A stretch of 64,000 nt of DNA from an uncultured delta proteobacterium (GTDB lineage: Bacteria > Desulfobacterota > RBG-13-43-22), in the NCBI GenBank assembly GCA_963790475.1, contig CAWBOS010000012.1, positions 1,344,001-1,408,000 of the forward strand, read 5' to 3'. Below, piece after piece: positions 40,784 to 50,469 of this stretch. Positions within the stretch are counted from its first letter, which is position 1; every line of letters begins with the position of its first letter. The position numbers and the translations under genes were made by a program. A model generated the notes under the pieces. That model searched no databases and was not told where the DNA came from. It saw nothing but the letters and a program-made list of their open reading frames with translations.

Positions 40784-41146
40784 TTATCCCCAGTGCCCTT
40801 CGACATTCGGGGCATCGGCGAAATTGATTTTTCCTTGTTTATATTGATCGACTGCTTCTTTGATTTTTCCGGAAATTCCTATTCCCACATTCACTCCTGC
40901 GGCCTGGAGTACCTTGAAGGCCTTTGGACCGCAGTTACCGGTCAAAACTGTTTTTGCCCCATGTTCCACGACCGTTTGAGCGGCCTGAATCCCGGCGCCC
41001 TGGGGTAACTGCAGATTCTGCTTGTTTTCAATGATCTCCACCTTCATTGTTTCCGGATCGACCAATAAGAAAAATCCGGCCCGTCCGAAACGAGGATCGA
41101 TTTCGGAATCCAGCGTATTTCCTTTGGAACTGATGGCTATTTTCAT
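40784..41146 (-). CDS. NifB/NifX family protein (Orange protein-like)
   Basis: DPRFGRA, GAGIQAAQ, TGNCGPKAF. Confidence 0.88.
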   Translation of the reverse strand: MKIAISSKGNTLDSEIDPRFGRAGFFLLVDPETMKVEIIENKQNLQLPQGAGIQAAQTVVEHGAKTVLTGNCGPKAFKVLQAAGVNVGIGISGKIKEAVDQYKQGKINFADAPNVEGHWG

Positions 41147-41520
41147 GGTTTAGTTAATCCTTTTCTTCGACAAGTTTTTCCCCTCTGCCTTCCTTTTCCT
41201 CCCCGGCAGCAGGGAAGGTTCAATTTTCCACTTAAGTATTCTTTAATGATGGTATCCACTTCCCCATAAAGGGGGTAGGCCACCTGAATTCCAAAACGAT
41301 TCAATCCGTTTATGTCTTCAAGGCGAATACCGCCGCAGATCAATTGCCTTATGCCCAATTGTCTCAAATAAATTATTTTTTCATCCGGCCCCCAGTGGCT
41401 GATATCCAACTCTCTTTTATCCACCAGTTGGTTTTTCTCAATTTCCAGGACCAATAATTTCCTGGCACAATCCAGCCGTGGAGAGATTCGATCTAAAAAA
41501 ACCGGGATAGCCACTTTCAT
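41143..41520 (-). CDS. NifB/NifX family protein
   Basis: MKVAIP, RISPRLD, LICGGI. Confidence 0.82.
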   Translation of the reverse strand: MKVAIPVFLDRISPRLDCARKLLVLEIEKNQLVDKRELDISHWGPDEKIIYLRQLGIRQLICGGIRLEDINGLNRFGIQVAYPLYGEVDTIIKEYLSGKLNLPCCRGGKGRQRGKTCRRKGLTKP

Positions 41521-41546
41521 TATATTTACTCCTCTCCTATTATTAC

Positions 41547-41563
41547 TTCAAGAAGAGTGCCAA
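41547..41563 (-). promoter_or_regulatory. Putative sigma54 promoter of the orp-like operon
   Basis: TTGGCACTCTTCTTGAA: perfect -24 box, variant -12 box (GA instead of GC). Confidence 0.55.
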
Positions 41564-41629
41564 GGGACGGGAAGACTGGAGATGTGATCAATTGGAAGGG
41601 ACCATGGAAAATGTCGAATGCCAATTTAG

Positions 41630-41706
41630 GTCATTCCGGCGAAAGCCGGAATCCAGTAATTTTAATTAGTTGTGTTTTCCTGGACCCCGGCTTTCGCCGG
41701 GGTGAC
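41630..41706. repeat. REP-like palindromic element
   Basis: GTCATTCCGGCGAAAGCCGGAATCC plus an inverted copy; related elements at about 45170 and 61360. Confidence 0.8.
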
Positions 41707-41784
41707 GGTTCTTCATCCCAATTATTGATATGATTACCTTTGACTTATTGGGTAGCGATTAAGGACTTTGAAATTCAATAGACC

Positions 41785-41829
41785 TATTGCAAAATGCAAT
41801 AACTTTATTGCAAAACTGCAATTCGCAAT
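41785..41829. promoter_or_regulatory. Putative activator binding sites
   Basis: Palindrome TATTGCA-AAA-TGCAATA plus a second degenerate copy. Confidence 0.55.
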
Positions 41830-41840
41830 CAGGGGGAAAT

Positions 41841-43169
41841 TTAAGAAAGGTGTTTCAGCTTCCGCCAGAGGGTAGTGGGATGGAGGCCCAGGGCTTTGGC
41901 GGCCAGGGTGCGGTTGCCATGATATTTATCCAGAGTCTGTTGAATCAATTCCTGCTCTTGGGCCTTCAGTTTTTTTTCAAAAGGAATTTGAGAATCGCTG
42001 CTCTCGGAAGTTCCTCCTTGGATCTCCGGAGGAAGGTGAGAGAGTTGAATAGTGGACCCGTGACAAAGCACGAAGGCGTGTTCAATGATATTTTCCAATT
42101 CCCGGATATTTCCAGGATAATCATATTGCATCAAGATTTGAAGGACTTTAGGGGATACCAGGGTAATTTTTTTACCGGTTCGGAGATTGAATTTATTAAT
42201 GAAATGGTCGATCAAAATGGGAATATCTTCACGGCGTTCTTTTAATGTAGGCAGGTCGATCTGGATCACTTTGAGCCGATAATAAAGATCATCTCTGAAT
42301 GAACCTTCAAGGACCAGCCGTTTAAGATTTTTATTGGTGGCCGAGATCACTCGGGCCTTAACCGGCTTGCTGACATTGGAACCCAAAGGCTCATAGGTCT
42401 TTTCCTGAAGCACCCTTAACAATTTGGCCTGCACCGTCAGCGGAAGGTCACCTATCTCATCCAAAAACAAAGTTCCGGAATCGGCCTGGGCAAATTTCCC
42501 GGGTTTGTCTTTTTTTGCATCGGTAAAAGCCCCGCGAACATAGCCGAAGAGCTCGGATTCAAGCAGGGTTTCCGGCAGGGCGCTGCAATTGATGGCCACG
42601 AAGGGTTTTTCTTTTCGGGGACTTAAGTTGTGTATGGCCTTGGCCAGCAGTTCTTTGCCGGAACCGCTGGGTCCCTGGATGAGAACGGCGCTGTCACTTT
42701 GGGCAATGTCCGGGAGATTATTAAATATTTTCTGCAAGGCCTCACTTTTACTGATAATGTCCTTTAGGGTATATTGTTTGGTGATTTCTTTACGAAGGGC
42801 CTCGATGGGGCTTAAATCCCGGAAGGTTTCGACCCCGCCAATCATCCTGTCTTGACCGTCTTTCAGAACGGCGGTTGTTACACTGATGGGGATAACCTTC
42901 CCCTGGGCATTAAGAATATTAACCGGCAAGTCCACTACAGTCTTGCCGGTTTTCAGGGTTCGAGCCAGGGCACAGGATTCCTGACATATATCAGCCTGAA
43001 ATATTTCAAAACATTTTTTGCCGATCGCTTCTTCCCTGGAAAATCCGGTTATACTTTCTGCTGCCTGATTGAAGGAGGTGATCACCCGGTCTTTGTTGAT
43101 AGTAAAGACCCCTTCAGTAATACTGTCTAAGATGATTCTTAAAAAGGCAGGAGATGACTTCATTGTCAC
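41841..43169 (-). CDS. PAS sigma54-dependent activator (OrpR-like)
   Basis: GPSGSGKE, GAFTDA, LFLDEIG, YPGNIREL, HTH; Cys-containing PAS (CFE..ICQESC). Confidence 0.9.
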   Translation of the reverse strand: MTMKSSPAFLRIILDSITEGVFTINKDRVITSFNQAAESITGFSREEAIGKKCFEIFQADICQESCALARTLKTGKTVVDLPVNILNAQGKVIPISVTTAVLKDGQDRMIGGVETFRDLSPIEALRKEITKQYTLKDIISKSEALQKIFNNLPDIAQSDSAVLIQGPSGSGKELLAKAIHNLSPRKEKPFVAINCSALPETLLESELFGYVRGAFTDAKKDKPGKFAQADSGTLFLDEIGDLPLTVQAKLLRVLQEKTYEPLGSNVSKPVKARVISATNKNLKRLVLEGSFRDDLYYRLKVIQIDLPTLKERREDIPILIDHFINKFNLRTGKKITLVSPKVLQILMQYDYPGNIRELENIIEHAFVLCHGSTIQLSHLPPEIQGGTSESSDSQIPFEKKLKAQEQELIQQTLDKYHGNRTLAAKALGLHPTTLWRKLKHLS

Positions 43170-43362
43170 ATTATTATCGTTTTGGCGACCTTTTTCAAGT
43201 TCTTATTTTATCAAAAAAAACTAAAGTTGACTTATAATTTAATTGCGATAAACCCAGTTCATGGTATATATAAAAAAATAAACGTTAGATCTCTCCAGTT
43301 GTATCTGGAGGGGAGGCAGAACGGGGAAATCGCTCGATTGCTACCCATATTTAGGGGGATTT

Positions 43363-45057
43363 GTGTTTTTCAAAATAAGTCTTTATAGCGCATTGATTCT
43401 TTTCGGGATCGGGACCTGTATCAAGGTCATGATGTGGTTTCGAAAGAGGACTGGCGACCCGTCCGAAAGAATATCCGCGGGTAAACGCTTTTCCGAGGCA
43501 GTTAAAGGGATTTTCTCCGCGTTGTTCAGTCTGAAATTGTTTCGGTTGATCAAGGTCTGGTTCATGGAAATCCTGGTTCAAAAGCAGATCGGGCGGGAAG
43601 GATTTGTACGCTGGTTCATGCATTTTTGCATCGCTTACGGCTTTATCTCCTTGCTTTTAATGCATGCCCTGGATCGTTTCGTCAGCCAAAAACTGTTCCC
43701 CGGATACTATAGTCCGGAGTTGTCAGCCCTAAATCCAATCAATCCTTTCCTTTTTCTTAGGAACCTCTTCGGGGCCATGATGCTGGTAGGCTTGGCTATT
43801 GCCGCTTATCGCCGGATTTTTAATCGGACCATGCGACTGACTACTCGGTGGGTCGACATCTATGCTTTAATTATTCTGACTTTGATAGCTCTTTCGGGAT
43901 TTTTCCTGGAGGCCGCCAAAATTGTTTCCCACGAACGGTATGAAGAAATGGTTACTGGTTTTTCTTCCGTTTCCGATGAACAGGAGGCTGCGGCCTTGAG
44001 GGCCTATTGGGCCAAAGAATATGCTGTAGTGTTCCCTAATGCTCCCCTGATGGACGCTGCATCCATAGCCAAAGGACAAGAAGTTCATGTCAATAATTGT
44101 GCCTCCTGTCATTCCCGGCCGACCGCGGCCTTTGTGTCTTTTGGTCTGGCCAAAACGATCAGTCCTTTAGCCCTTACCTTGAGTCAGAAAAGCATCAGAG
44201 AGTCTCTCTTATATTTCCATTTCCTAGTCTGTTTTGTGGGCCTGGCCTTATTGCCTTTCACCAAATTTTTTCACATCCTGGTCAGTCCCCTGTCGCTTCT
44301 GATCAACGGGGTGATGGATCGGACTAAGGCCTCTCCCGCCAATATCGCCACGGTTCGGGCCATTGAACTGGACGCTTGTATGCACTGCGCCACCTGCAGT
44401 ATCCATTGTTCCGTGGGACCTATATACCAGCAAATCTCCAATATCAATATTTTTCCTTCTGAAAAATTATCGGCTTTAAACTCTTTGGTCTCAAAAAATG
44501 GCGCATCCCTTTCAGTTCTTCCGACAATAAGGTTGGGAGATTCAATCTGCACCCGGTGCTATCGCTGCACTGCCGTATGCCCGGCGGGTATTGTCCTTCA
44601 AGATCAGTGGTTCCATCTGGATAAAGATTTGACCAGTCTGGGAAGCCCTGAACCTTTCATTCAGTTACGAGACGCTGTTAAATCAAAATTTGATTCAGAT
44701 CGAAAAAAAGTCGTTATCCCCTTATCGACTTCAGGTAAGAAATTTATGCAGGGAGTGGGCCTTTCCAGCCAGGGCAGTACCTTTAATAATTGTTTTACCT
44801 GTATGACCTGTTCCAATGCCTGTCCCGTGGTGGTCAATTTTCAATATCCGAGAGAAAGTCTGGGATTGATGCCCCATCAGATCATGTACAGTCTTAAGTT
44901 TGGTCTGCAGGATAACGTCTTGGGAGCCGGGATGGTCTGGGACTGTCTGGGCTGTTATAATTGCCAGCAGAACTGCCCCCAGGGGGTCAGGGTGACGGAT
45001 ATCCTTTTTGAACTTAAAAATATAGCCTTTCAACGTGCCGGGGGTGAGAGGATTTAG
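43363..45057 (+). CDS. Membrane cytochrome b + heme c + 4x4Fe-4S (HdrC-like) fusion, copy 1
   Basis: NarI-like His pairs, CASCH motif in a loop, four CxxCxxCxxxC motifs, WDCLGCYNCQQNCP. Confidence 0.85.
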   Translation: MFFKISLYSALILFGIGTCIKVMMWFRKRTGDPSERISAGKRFSEAVKGIFSALFSLKLFRLIKVWFMEILVQKQIGREGFVRWFMHFCIAYGFISLLLMHALDRFVSQKLFPGYYSPELSALNPINPFLFLRNLFGAMMLVGLAIAAYRRIFNRTMRLTTRWVDIYALIILTLIALSGFFLEAAKIVSHERYEEMVTGFSSVSDEQEAAALRAYWAKEYAVVFPNAPLMDAASIAKGQEVHVNNCASCHSRPTAAFVSFGLAKTISPLALTLSQKSIRESLLYFHFLVCFVGLALLPFTKFFHILVSPLSLLINGVMDRTKASPANIATVRAIELDACMHCATCSIHCSVGPIYQQISNINIFPSEKLSALNSLVSKNGASLSVLPTIRLGDSICTRCYRCTAVCPAGIVLQDQWFHLDKDLTSLGSPEPFIQLRDAVKSKFDSDRKKVVIPLSTSGKKFMQGVGLSSQGSTFNNCFTCMTCSNACPVVVNFQYPRESLGLMPHQIMYSLKFGLQDNVLGAGMVWDCLGCYNCQQNCPQGVRVTDILFELKNIAFQRAGGERI

Positions 45058-45130
45058 TCGAAACATATGCTCGGTGTTCAGCGTTCACGTTGATTGAAAG
45101 TATTAGGCCTCCTCTTTATTCGATCTGGAA

Positions 45131-45296
45131 TGATGGACCCGCAAAGAGCCGTCGAAAATTCAATTTCGTCATTCTGGCGAATCCCGGATTATGTCCGGGG
45201 CAGGCTCTAGAATCCGGCAAATTTATCCCGCTGTTGGCGGGACTGGACCCCGGCTTTCGGCGGGGTGAAAGCGTTAGTGAATTTTTCCCAAGCTGT
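45131..45296. repeat. REP/MITE-like palindromic element
   Basis: gtcattctggcgaa...ctggaccccggctttcggcggggtga, related to 41630. Confidence 0.7.
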
Positions 45297-45330
45297 TAGA
45301 TTATCTGTGCGACCTTAGAGGATATCGATT

Positions 45331-46182
45331 ATGAAAATGTTATTGTTCCCCGGGTGCAAAGTCCCTTACTATGTCCCCCAATATGAAATCTCCAGCCGTT
45401 TGGTCCTTAATACATTCGGTGTCGAAATTGAAGATATCGAATTCAATTGCTGCGGATATCCCATCCGCTTTCTGGACTTCAAAGCTTTCCTCTTTTCCTC
45501 AGCCCGTAATATCGCCCTGGCCGGTGAAAAAGGGTTATCGATATTGTGTCTTTGCAAGTGTTGTTACGGGACCCTGCGATACGCGGATCTTTTATTGAAG
45601 CAACAGGTCGATCTTAGGAATGAAATCAATAGATTGTTGAAGGATGAAGGTCTCCGTTATCCGGAGCAGGTGGAAATAAAACATCTGCTAAACGTCTTTT
45701 ATGACGATCTCGGTCCGGAAAATATTCAGAAAAAAATTATCCGACCCTTTAAGTCCCTCAAGGTTGCCGCTCATTATGGATGTCATATTTTGCGTCCACA
45801 CGATGTGGTAAAATTTGATAGTCCGACGAATCCGACCAAATTTGAGAAACTCATCGAGGTGACCGGAGCGAAGAGTGTTGACTGGTCCCTAAGACTCCAA
45901 TGCTGCGGAGATCCCCTGAACGGGAAAAACGATACCTTGGCCCGGGAACTGGGGGAAAAAAAGATGAAATCCGCCGCACAGGCCGGGGCCGATTTGATTT
46001 GTGTCGGCTGTACTCATTGCCAGATGCAGTTCGATAAGATCGGAACTGCGATACGGGAACAGGATAAGGCCGAAACCGTGCCCCCGGCCCTTCTCTACCC
46101 TCAATTGCTGGGCCTGGGCTTGGGATTGGAGGCTGCGGCCCTGGGAATTGATCAATCCAGGTTGGATATTGCTGACCTGTAG
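45331..46182 (+). CDS. hdrB: Heterodisulfide reductase subunit B-like
   Basis: FPGC, FNCCG, HYGCH, QCCG, CTHCQMQFD. Confidence 0.88.
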   Translation: MKMLLFPGCKVPYYVPQYEISSRLVLNTFGVEIEDIEFNCCGYPIRFLDFKAFLFSSARNIALAGEKGLSILCLCKCCYGTLRYADLLLKQQVDLRNEINRLLKDEGLRYPEQVEIKHLLNVFYDDLGPENIQKKIIRPFKSLKVAAHYGCHILRPHDVVKFDSPTNPTKFEKLIEVTGAKSVDWSLRLQCCGDPLNGKNDTLARELGEKKMKSAAQAGADLICVGCTHCQMQFDKIGTAIREQDKAETVPPALLYPQLLGLGLGLEAAALGIDQSRLDIADL

Positions 46183-46534
46183 GGGGAGGTTTTGAGGAGA
46201 AAAGCTGCCTGGGTAATTGTATTAATCCTTCAACCGGCAATCATCAAGCGGTATCAAATTTTCTGGTCCCCTGTTCAAAACTTTATATGGCCTTAACCAA
46301 GATGCCCATCAACCTTGACATTTCATTTTGTGTTTTACACATTGACGCCGAATTTCAATAAACTGTTTTTTGTTCACTTAGAAACGGCCTCTCTATCTCT
46401 TTCAACTGATGGTGATCAGGTTTTTAGAAATGTATCAAATAAGTTTAGGTTTGAAACAAACCAAAGTCATTAGTTAGACTTGTGTTAGGTATCCATTTGC
46501 TCCTGTCGTTCTTTCTTTAAAAGGGGAGTGGTTC

Positions 46535-48229
46535 ATGCTCTTCTCAATCAGTTTATACACCGCCCTGATCCTTTGTGGAGCAGGGTTGATTTATAAAGTT
46601 CTCTCCTGGTTCCGATATCCGATAAACAATCATGCCCAACGGATTACAACAGCCGGAAGGGTTTCGGCCGCAGCCAAGGGGGTGATTTCCAGTCTTTTCA
46701 GTATCAAAATTCTTTCCATGATCAAAATTTTTTTCCTGGACGTACTTCTTCTGGCACGGCTCCGGAGAGAAAGCTTCCTTCGGTGGTTAATTCACTTGTG
46801 TATTTTCGGCGGTTTCATGTTCTTACTGCTGATGCATGCCTTGGACCAATATGTGACCAAGAAGCTTTTCAGTGAATATACTTCAACCTTGAATCCTTTT
46901 CTCTTTTTACGAAATCTTTTTGGGGCCTTGGTTCTGTTGGGGCTGGTCTTGGCTTTATGGCGGCGAATATCCGACCGGGTCATGCGTTTGACTACCCGGG
47001 GTGGGGATATCTATGCCTTGCTTCTTCTTTTCTTAATTATTCTTTCGGGTTTTTTATTGGAGGCTGTTAAAATCGTTTCCTATCAGCGATATGAAGAAAT
47101 GGTTTCCGAATATTCCTCCATATCCGATGAGAAAGAGGCCAAAGCTTTAAAAGCCTATTGGACTAAGGAATTTGCCGTAGTTTTTCCTCAGACCCCTTCT
47201 TTGGATTCCAGCACCCTGAAAAAAGGTCGGGAAGTCCATATCCTCAATTGTGCCTCCTGTCATTCAAAGCCTTCATCCGCTTTTGTATCTTATGGCTTGG
47301 CTAAGGGGATGAGTTCCATGGCTCTTGTTTTAAGCCGGAAAGATATCAGGGATTTACTATGGTATTTCCATTTCTTGGCTTCTTTTATCGGTCTGGCTTT
47401 ATTGCCTTTCACCAAATTTTTTCATATTTTTACCAGTCCCTTGGTGCTTTTGATTAACGGGGTAATGGACCGTGCCAAAGCCCTGCCGGCCAACATCGCA
47501 ACTATTCGGGCCATTGAGCTGGATGCCTGCACCAATTGCGCAATTTGCACCCAGCATTGTGCGGTCAGGCCGATCCTTCGGCACATCCCGAACTTAACTA
47601 TTTTGTCTTCAGAAAAATTGGGCGCTTTTAAATCCGTAGCTTTTCGAAAAAAAAATTTCCTCAAAAAACTCTCCCATTTTCAGGAAGGGGCTTCCATTTG
47701 TACCGGATGTTATCGAGGCACTATATACTGCCCGGTCAGCATTGACCTCCAGAATATGTGGTTTAATCTGAGAGAGAACTTGGACAGCCTGGGATGCCCA
47801 GAACTCTTTACCCGGACAAGAAATGCTTTCAAAATTAAATTTGAGGCCGAGAGTGGGAAAACCGTTTTTCCATTAACCAGTTCCGAAAAAAATTTCAAAA
47901 AAGAGATGGGTCTATCCTTCCAGGGCAGTACCTTTAATGCCTGTTTTACCTGCATGACCTGTTCTAATTCCTGTCCGGTGGTATTCAATTGTAAAAAACC
48001 TATGGAAGAATTGGGGTTACTGCCTCACCAAATCATGTATAGTTTGAAATTCGGCATTCAGGATAGCATCCTCGGGGCTGGAATGGTCTGGGACTGTCTG
48101 GGTTGTTATAATTGTCAGGAGAACTGTCCGCAAGGGGTCCGGGTGACGGATATACTTTTTGAACTGAAAAATTTCGCTTTTCAAAAGGCCAGGCATGAAG
48201 AGGACCAATCGAAAGTAACGGCTTCGTAA
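46535..48229 (+). CDS. Membrane cytochrome b + heme c + HdrC-like fusion, copy 2
   Basis: Colinear paralog of 43363-45057; one cluster motif altered (CTGCYRGTIYCP). Confidence 0.85.
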   Translation: MLFSISLYTALILCGAGLIYKVLSWFRYPINNHAQRITTAGRVSAAAKGVISSLFSIKILSMIKIFFLDVLLLARLRRESFLRWLIHLCIFGGFMFLLLMHALDQYVTKKLFSEYTSTLNPFLFLRNLFGALVLLGLVLALWRRISDRVMRLTTRGGDIYALLLLFLIILSGFLLEAVKIVSYQRYEEMVSEYSSISDEKEAKALKAYWTKEFAVVFPQTPSLDSSTLKKGREVHILNCASCHSKPSSAFVSYGLAKGMSSMALVLSRKDIRDLLWYFHFLASFIGLALLPFTKFFHIFTSPLVLLINGVMDRAKALPANIATIRAIELDACTNCAICTQHCAVRPILRHIPNLTILSSEKLGAFKSVAFRKKNFLKKLSHFQEGASICTGCYRGTIYCPVSIDLQNMWFNLRENLDSLGCPELFTRTRNAFKIKFEAESGKTVFPLTSSEKNFKKEMGLSFQGSTFNACFTCMTCSNSCPVVFNCKKPMEELGLLPHQIMYSLKFGIQDSILGAGMVWDCLGCYNCQENCPQGVRVTDILFELKNFAFQKARHEEDQSKVTAS

Positions 48230-48270
48230 AAAGTCCATCTGTCCAGAGCTTCGCGGGATTGCACTGGGGC

Positions 48271-48435
48271 CAGATACAATTTGACCGGATTGGAACAAAC
48301 CTGCTTGAACAGGGGGACACCCAGGCCGTCTTGCCTTCCCTTCTTTACCCTCAATTGCTGGGCCTGGGCTTGGGACTGGAGGCAGCGGCCCTGGGAATTG
48401 ATGAAAACAAAAAGGAGTTAAAGGGTCTGTTTTAA
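48271..48435 (+). pseudogene. hdrB: C-terminal remnant of a second hdrB
   Basis: QIQFDRIG...LLYPQLLGLGLGLEAAALGID; DNA nearly identical to 46091-46152. Confidence 0.85.
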
Positions 48436-48701
48436 TTCGAAAATATTATTCGTTGCTAAGTCCCGCAAAGTGAGATTCATCGAAATCCATTTTCATTGTT
48501 CGTGGTGCCCTCTTTAAGTTGAGTTTCCGTCTAATCAGACCAACGAGAAGGTCAATCAAGGGTTTTAATTTTAATCCGTGATCAAATGCGATGGAATTTT
48601 TTTGGACACTCCGATGGCAATAGCCGGTATATTTTTTGGCAGATGAAAATTTGGCGGGGCATTTATTGTCAGTACATCGCCCCCCTATCTTTGATGAATT
48701 C

Positions 48702-49319
48702 TTAACTTGTTATTAGAAAAATCCCGTAAGTGGCTCGAAGATTGGCAAGATAGCTGATTAATCTTCCGTTCTTATCCTTATCCTGGGTGTTGATGGCGGC
48801 CGATTTGATAATTCTAAATCCGACTTTTCTTGAAAATCGTTCAAAATCTTTGATCGTGATGACCCGTATATTGGGGGTATCATACCATTGATAGGGAAGT
48901 TGGGGAGTAACCGGCGCGTAACCTTTGACCATTAATTGCAGACGAACCTGCCAATGACTGAAATTGGGGAAACTGACAATCCCATTTTTACCGATTCGCA
49001 GAATAGATTGGATCAGTTGGTCCGGTTCGAAAACCTGCTGAAGGGTTTGACTCAGAATGACATAATCAAAGGCCTTATCCGGAAAATCGAGCACCTCGGC
49101 GTTGATATCTCCTTGAAGGACCGAGAGGCCCTTGGCAATGCAGCTAGCCACTTTTTCTTCTTCTTTTTCTATCCCCGTCCCCTCCACCCGCTGGTGTTTT
49201 TTTAGAAAATCAAGCAGATTTCCGTCCCCGCATCCGAGATCAAGGACCTTGGAACCCGTCTCAATCCAGGAGGCAATCAGTTGGAGGTCGAAACGAATCC
49301 CGTTGTTCTCAAATTTCAT
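48702..49319 (-). CDS. metW: Methionine biosynthesis protein MetW
   Basis: VLDLGCGDG, ILSQTLQ, VSFPNF, WYDTPNI; adjacent to metX. Confidence 0.92.
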   Translation of the reverse strand: MKFENNGIRFDLQLIASWIETGSKVLDLGCGDGNLLDFLKKHQRVEGTGIEKEEEKVASCIAKGLSVLQGDINAEVLDFPDKAFDYVILSQTLQQVFEPDQLIQSILRIGKNGIVSFPNFSHWQVRLQLMVKGYAPVTPQLPYQWYDTPNIRVITIKDFERFSRKVGFRIIKSAAINTQDKDKNGRLISYLANLRATYGIFLITS

Positions 49320-50469
49320 GATAGACACGGTCTAAAAATCCCTTGATCAAATCGGTCAAACGCTGGCTGGGCAGGAGAAAGGCATCATGACCCCATTCGG
49401 CTTCAATTTCACAGAAGCTGACATCCAGCCCGTTTTTTTTCAAGGCCCGGACAATGGCTTTGGATTGATAGGTGGGATAAAGCCAATCGGAGGTGAAGGA
49501 AACCACCAGGAATTTTGCCTGGGACTTGGAAAAGGCCCGAACGGTCGATCCACCGTCGTGCTGCAACCCCAGCTCGAAATAGTCAGCGGCCTTGGTGATG
49601 TATAGAAAAGAATTGGCATCGAACCGTTCCACAAATTTGGTCCCTTGGTAGCGCAGGTAGCTTTCCACCTGGAAATCAGCGTCGAAATTATAAGAAAAAT
49701 CATTTTTATCCTGAAGCCTGCGCCCGAATTTGAGGCGCATGGATTCGTCGGAAAGATAGGTGATATGTCCGATCATCCGGGCCACGGCCAGACCCAGTGA
49801 CGGCTTTTTCCCCGAATAATAATCTCCTTTATTCCAGTTGGGATCGGCCATGATCGATTGCCTGGCCACTTCGTTGAAGGCAATGGCCAGCGCCGAATGC
49901 TTAGTGGTCGTTGCCAGGGGTATGGCCGAGGAGACCATTTCTGGAAATCGGATCGCCCAATCCAGGACCTGCATCCCTCCGATAGACCCTCCAATAACCG
50001 AGAGGAGTTTTTTGACGCCGAGATGGTCAAGGAGATGTTTTTGGGCTGTGACCATATCGCCAACGGTGACTACCGGAAAATCCAGTCCGTAAGGTTTGTC
50101 GCCTTGGGGATCGTGGGAAGAAGGCCCGGTGGAGCCCATACAGCTGCCCAGGATATTGGAACAGATGACGAAGTATTTATCGGTATCAATCCCTTTCCCC
50201 GGACCGACCATATTATCCCACCACCCCGGCTTGGGATCCTCCGGGGAGTAATAACCGGCGGCATGGGAGTCCCCGGAAAGGGCATGGAGGATCAGGATTA
50301 CGTTATTCTTTCTAAAAGTTCCATAGGTTTCATAAGCCAGGGTTATTGGTCCCAGACGGGTACCGCATTCCAGAACCAACGCCTGGGGCGGTTCGGCAAA
50401 GGTGAAATATTTTTTCTCCACCAACCCTACTGAAATGCCCTGGGGGTCATTTTCAATATATTCGCTCAA
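49309..50469 (-). CDS. metX: Homoserine O-acyltransferase
   Basis: HALSGDSH, GWWD, GGSIGG, WGHDAFL; TTG start overlaps the upstream stop. Confidence 0.92.
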   Translation of the reverse strand: MSEYIENDPQGISVGLVEKKYFTFAEPPQALVLECGTRLGPITLAYETYGTFRKNNVILILHALSGDSHAAGYYSPEDPKPGWWDNMVGPGKGIDTDKYFVICSNILGSCMGSTGPSSHDPQGDKPYGLDFPVVTVGDMVTAQKHLLDHLGVKKLLSVIGGSIGGMQVLDWAIRFPEMVSSAIPLATTTKHSALAIAFNEVARQSIMADPNWNKGDYYSGKKPSLGLAVARMIGHITYLSDESMRLKFGRRLQDKNDFSYNFDADFQVESYLRYQGTKFVERFDANSFLYITKAADYFELGLQHDGGSTVRAFSKSQAKFLVVSFTSDWLYPTYQSKAIVRALKKNGLDVSFCEIEAEWGHDAFLLPSQRLTDLIKGFLDRVYHEI

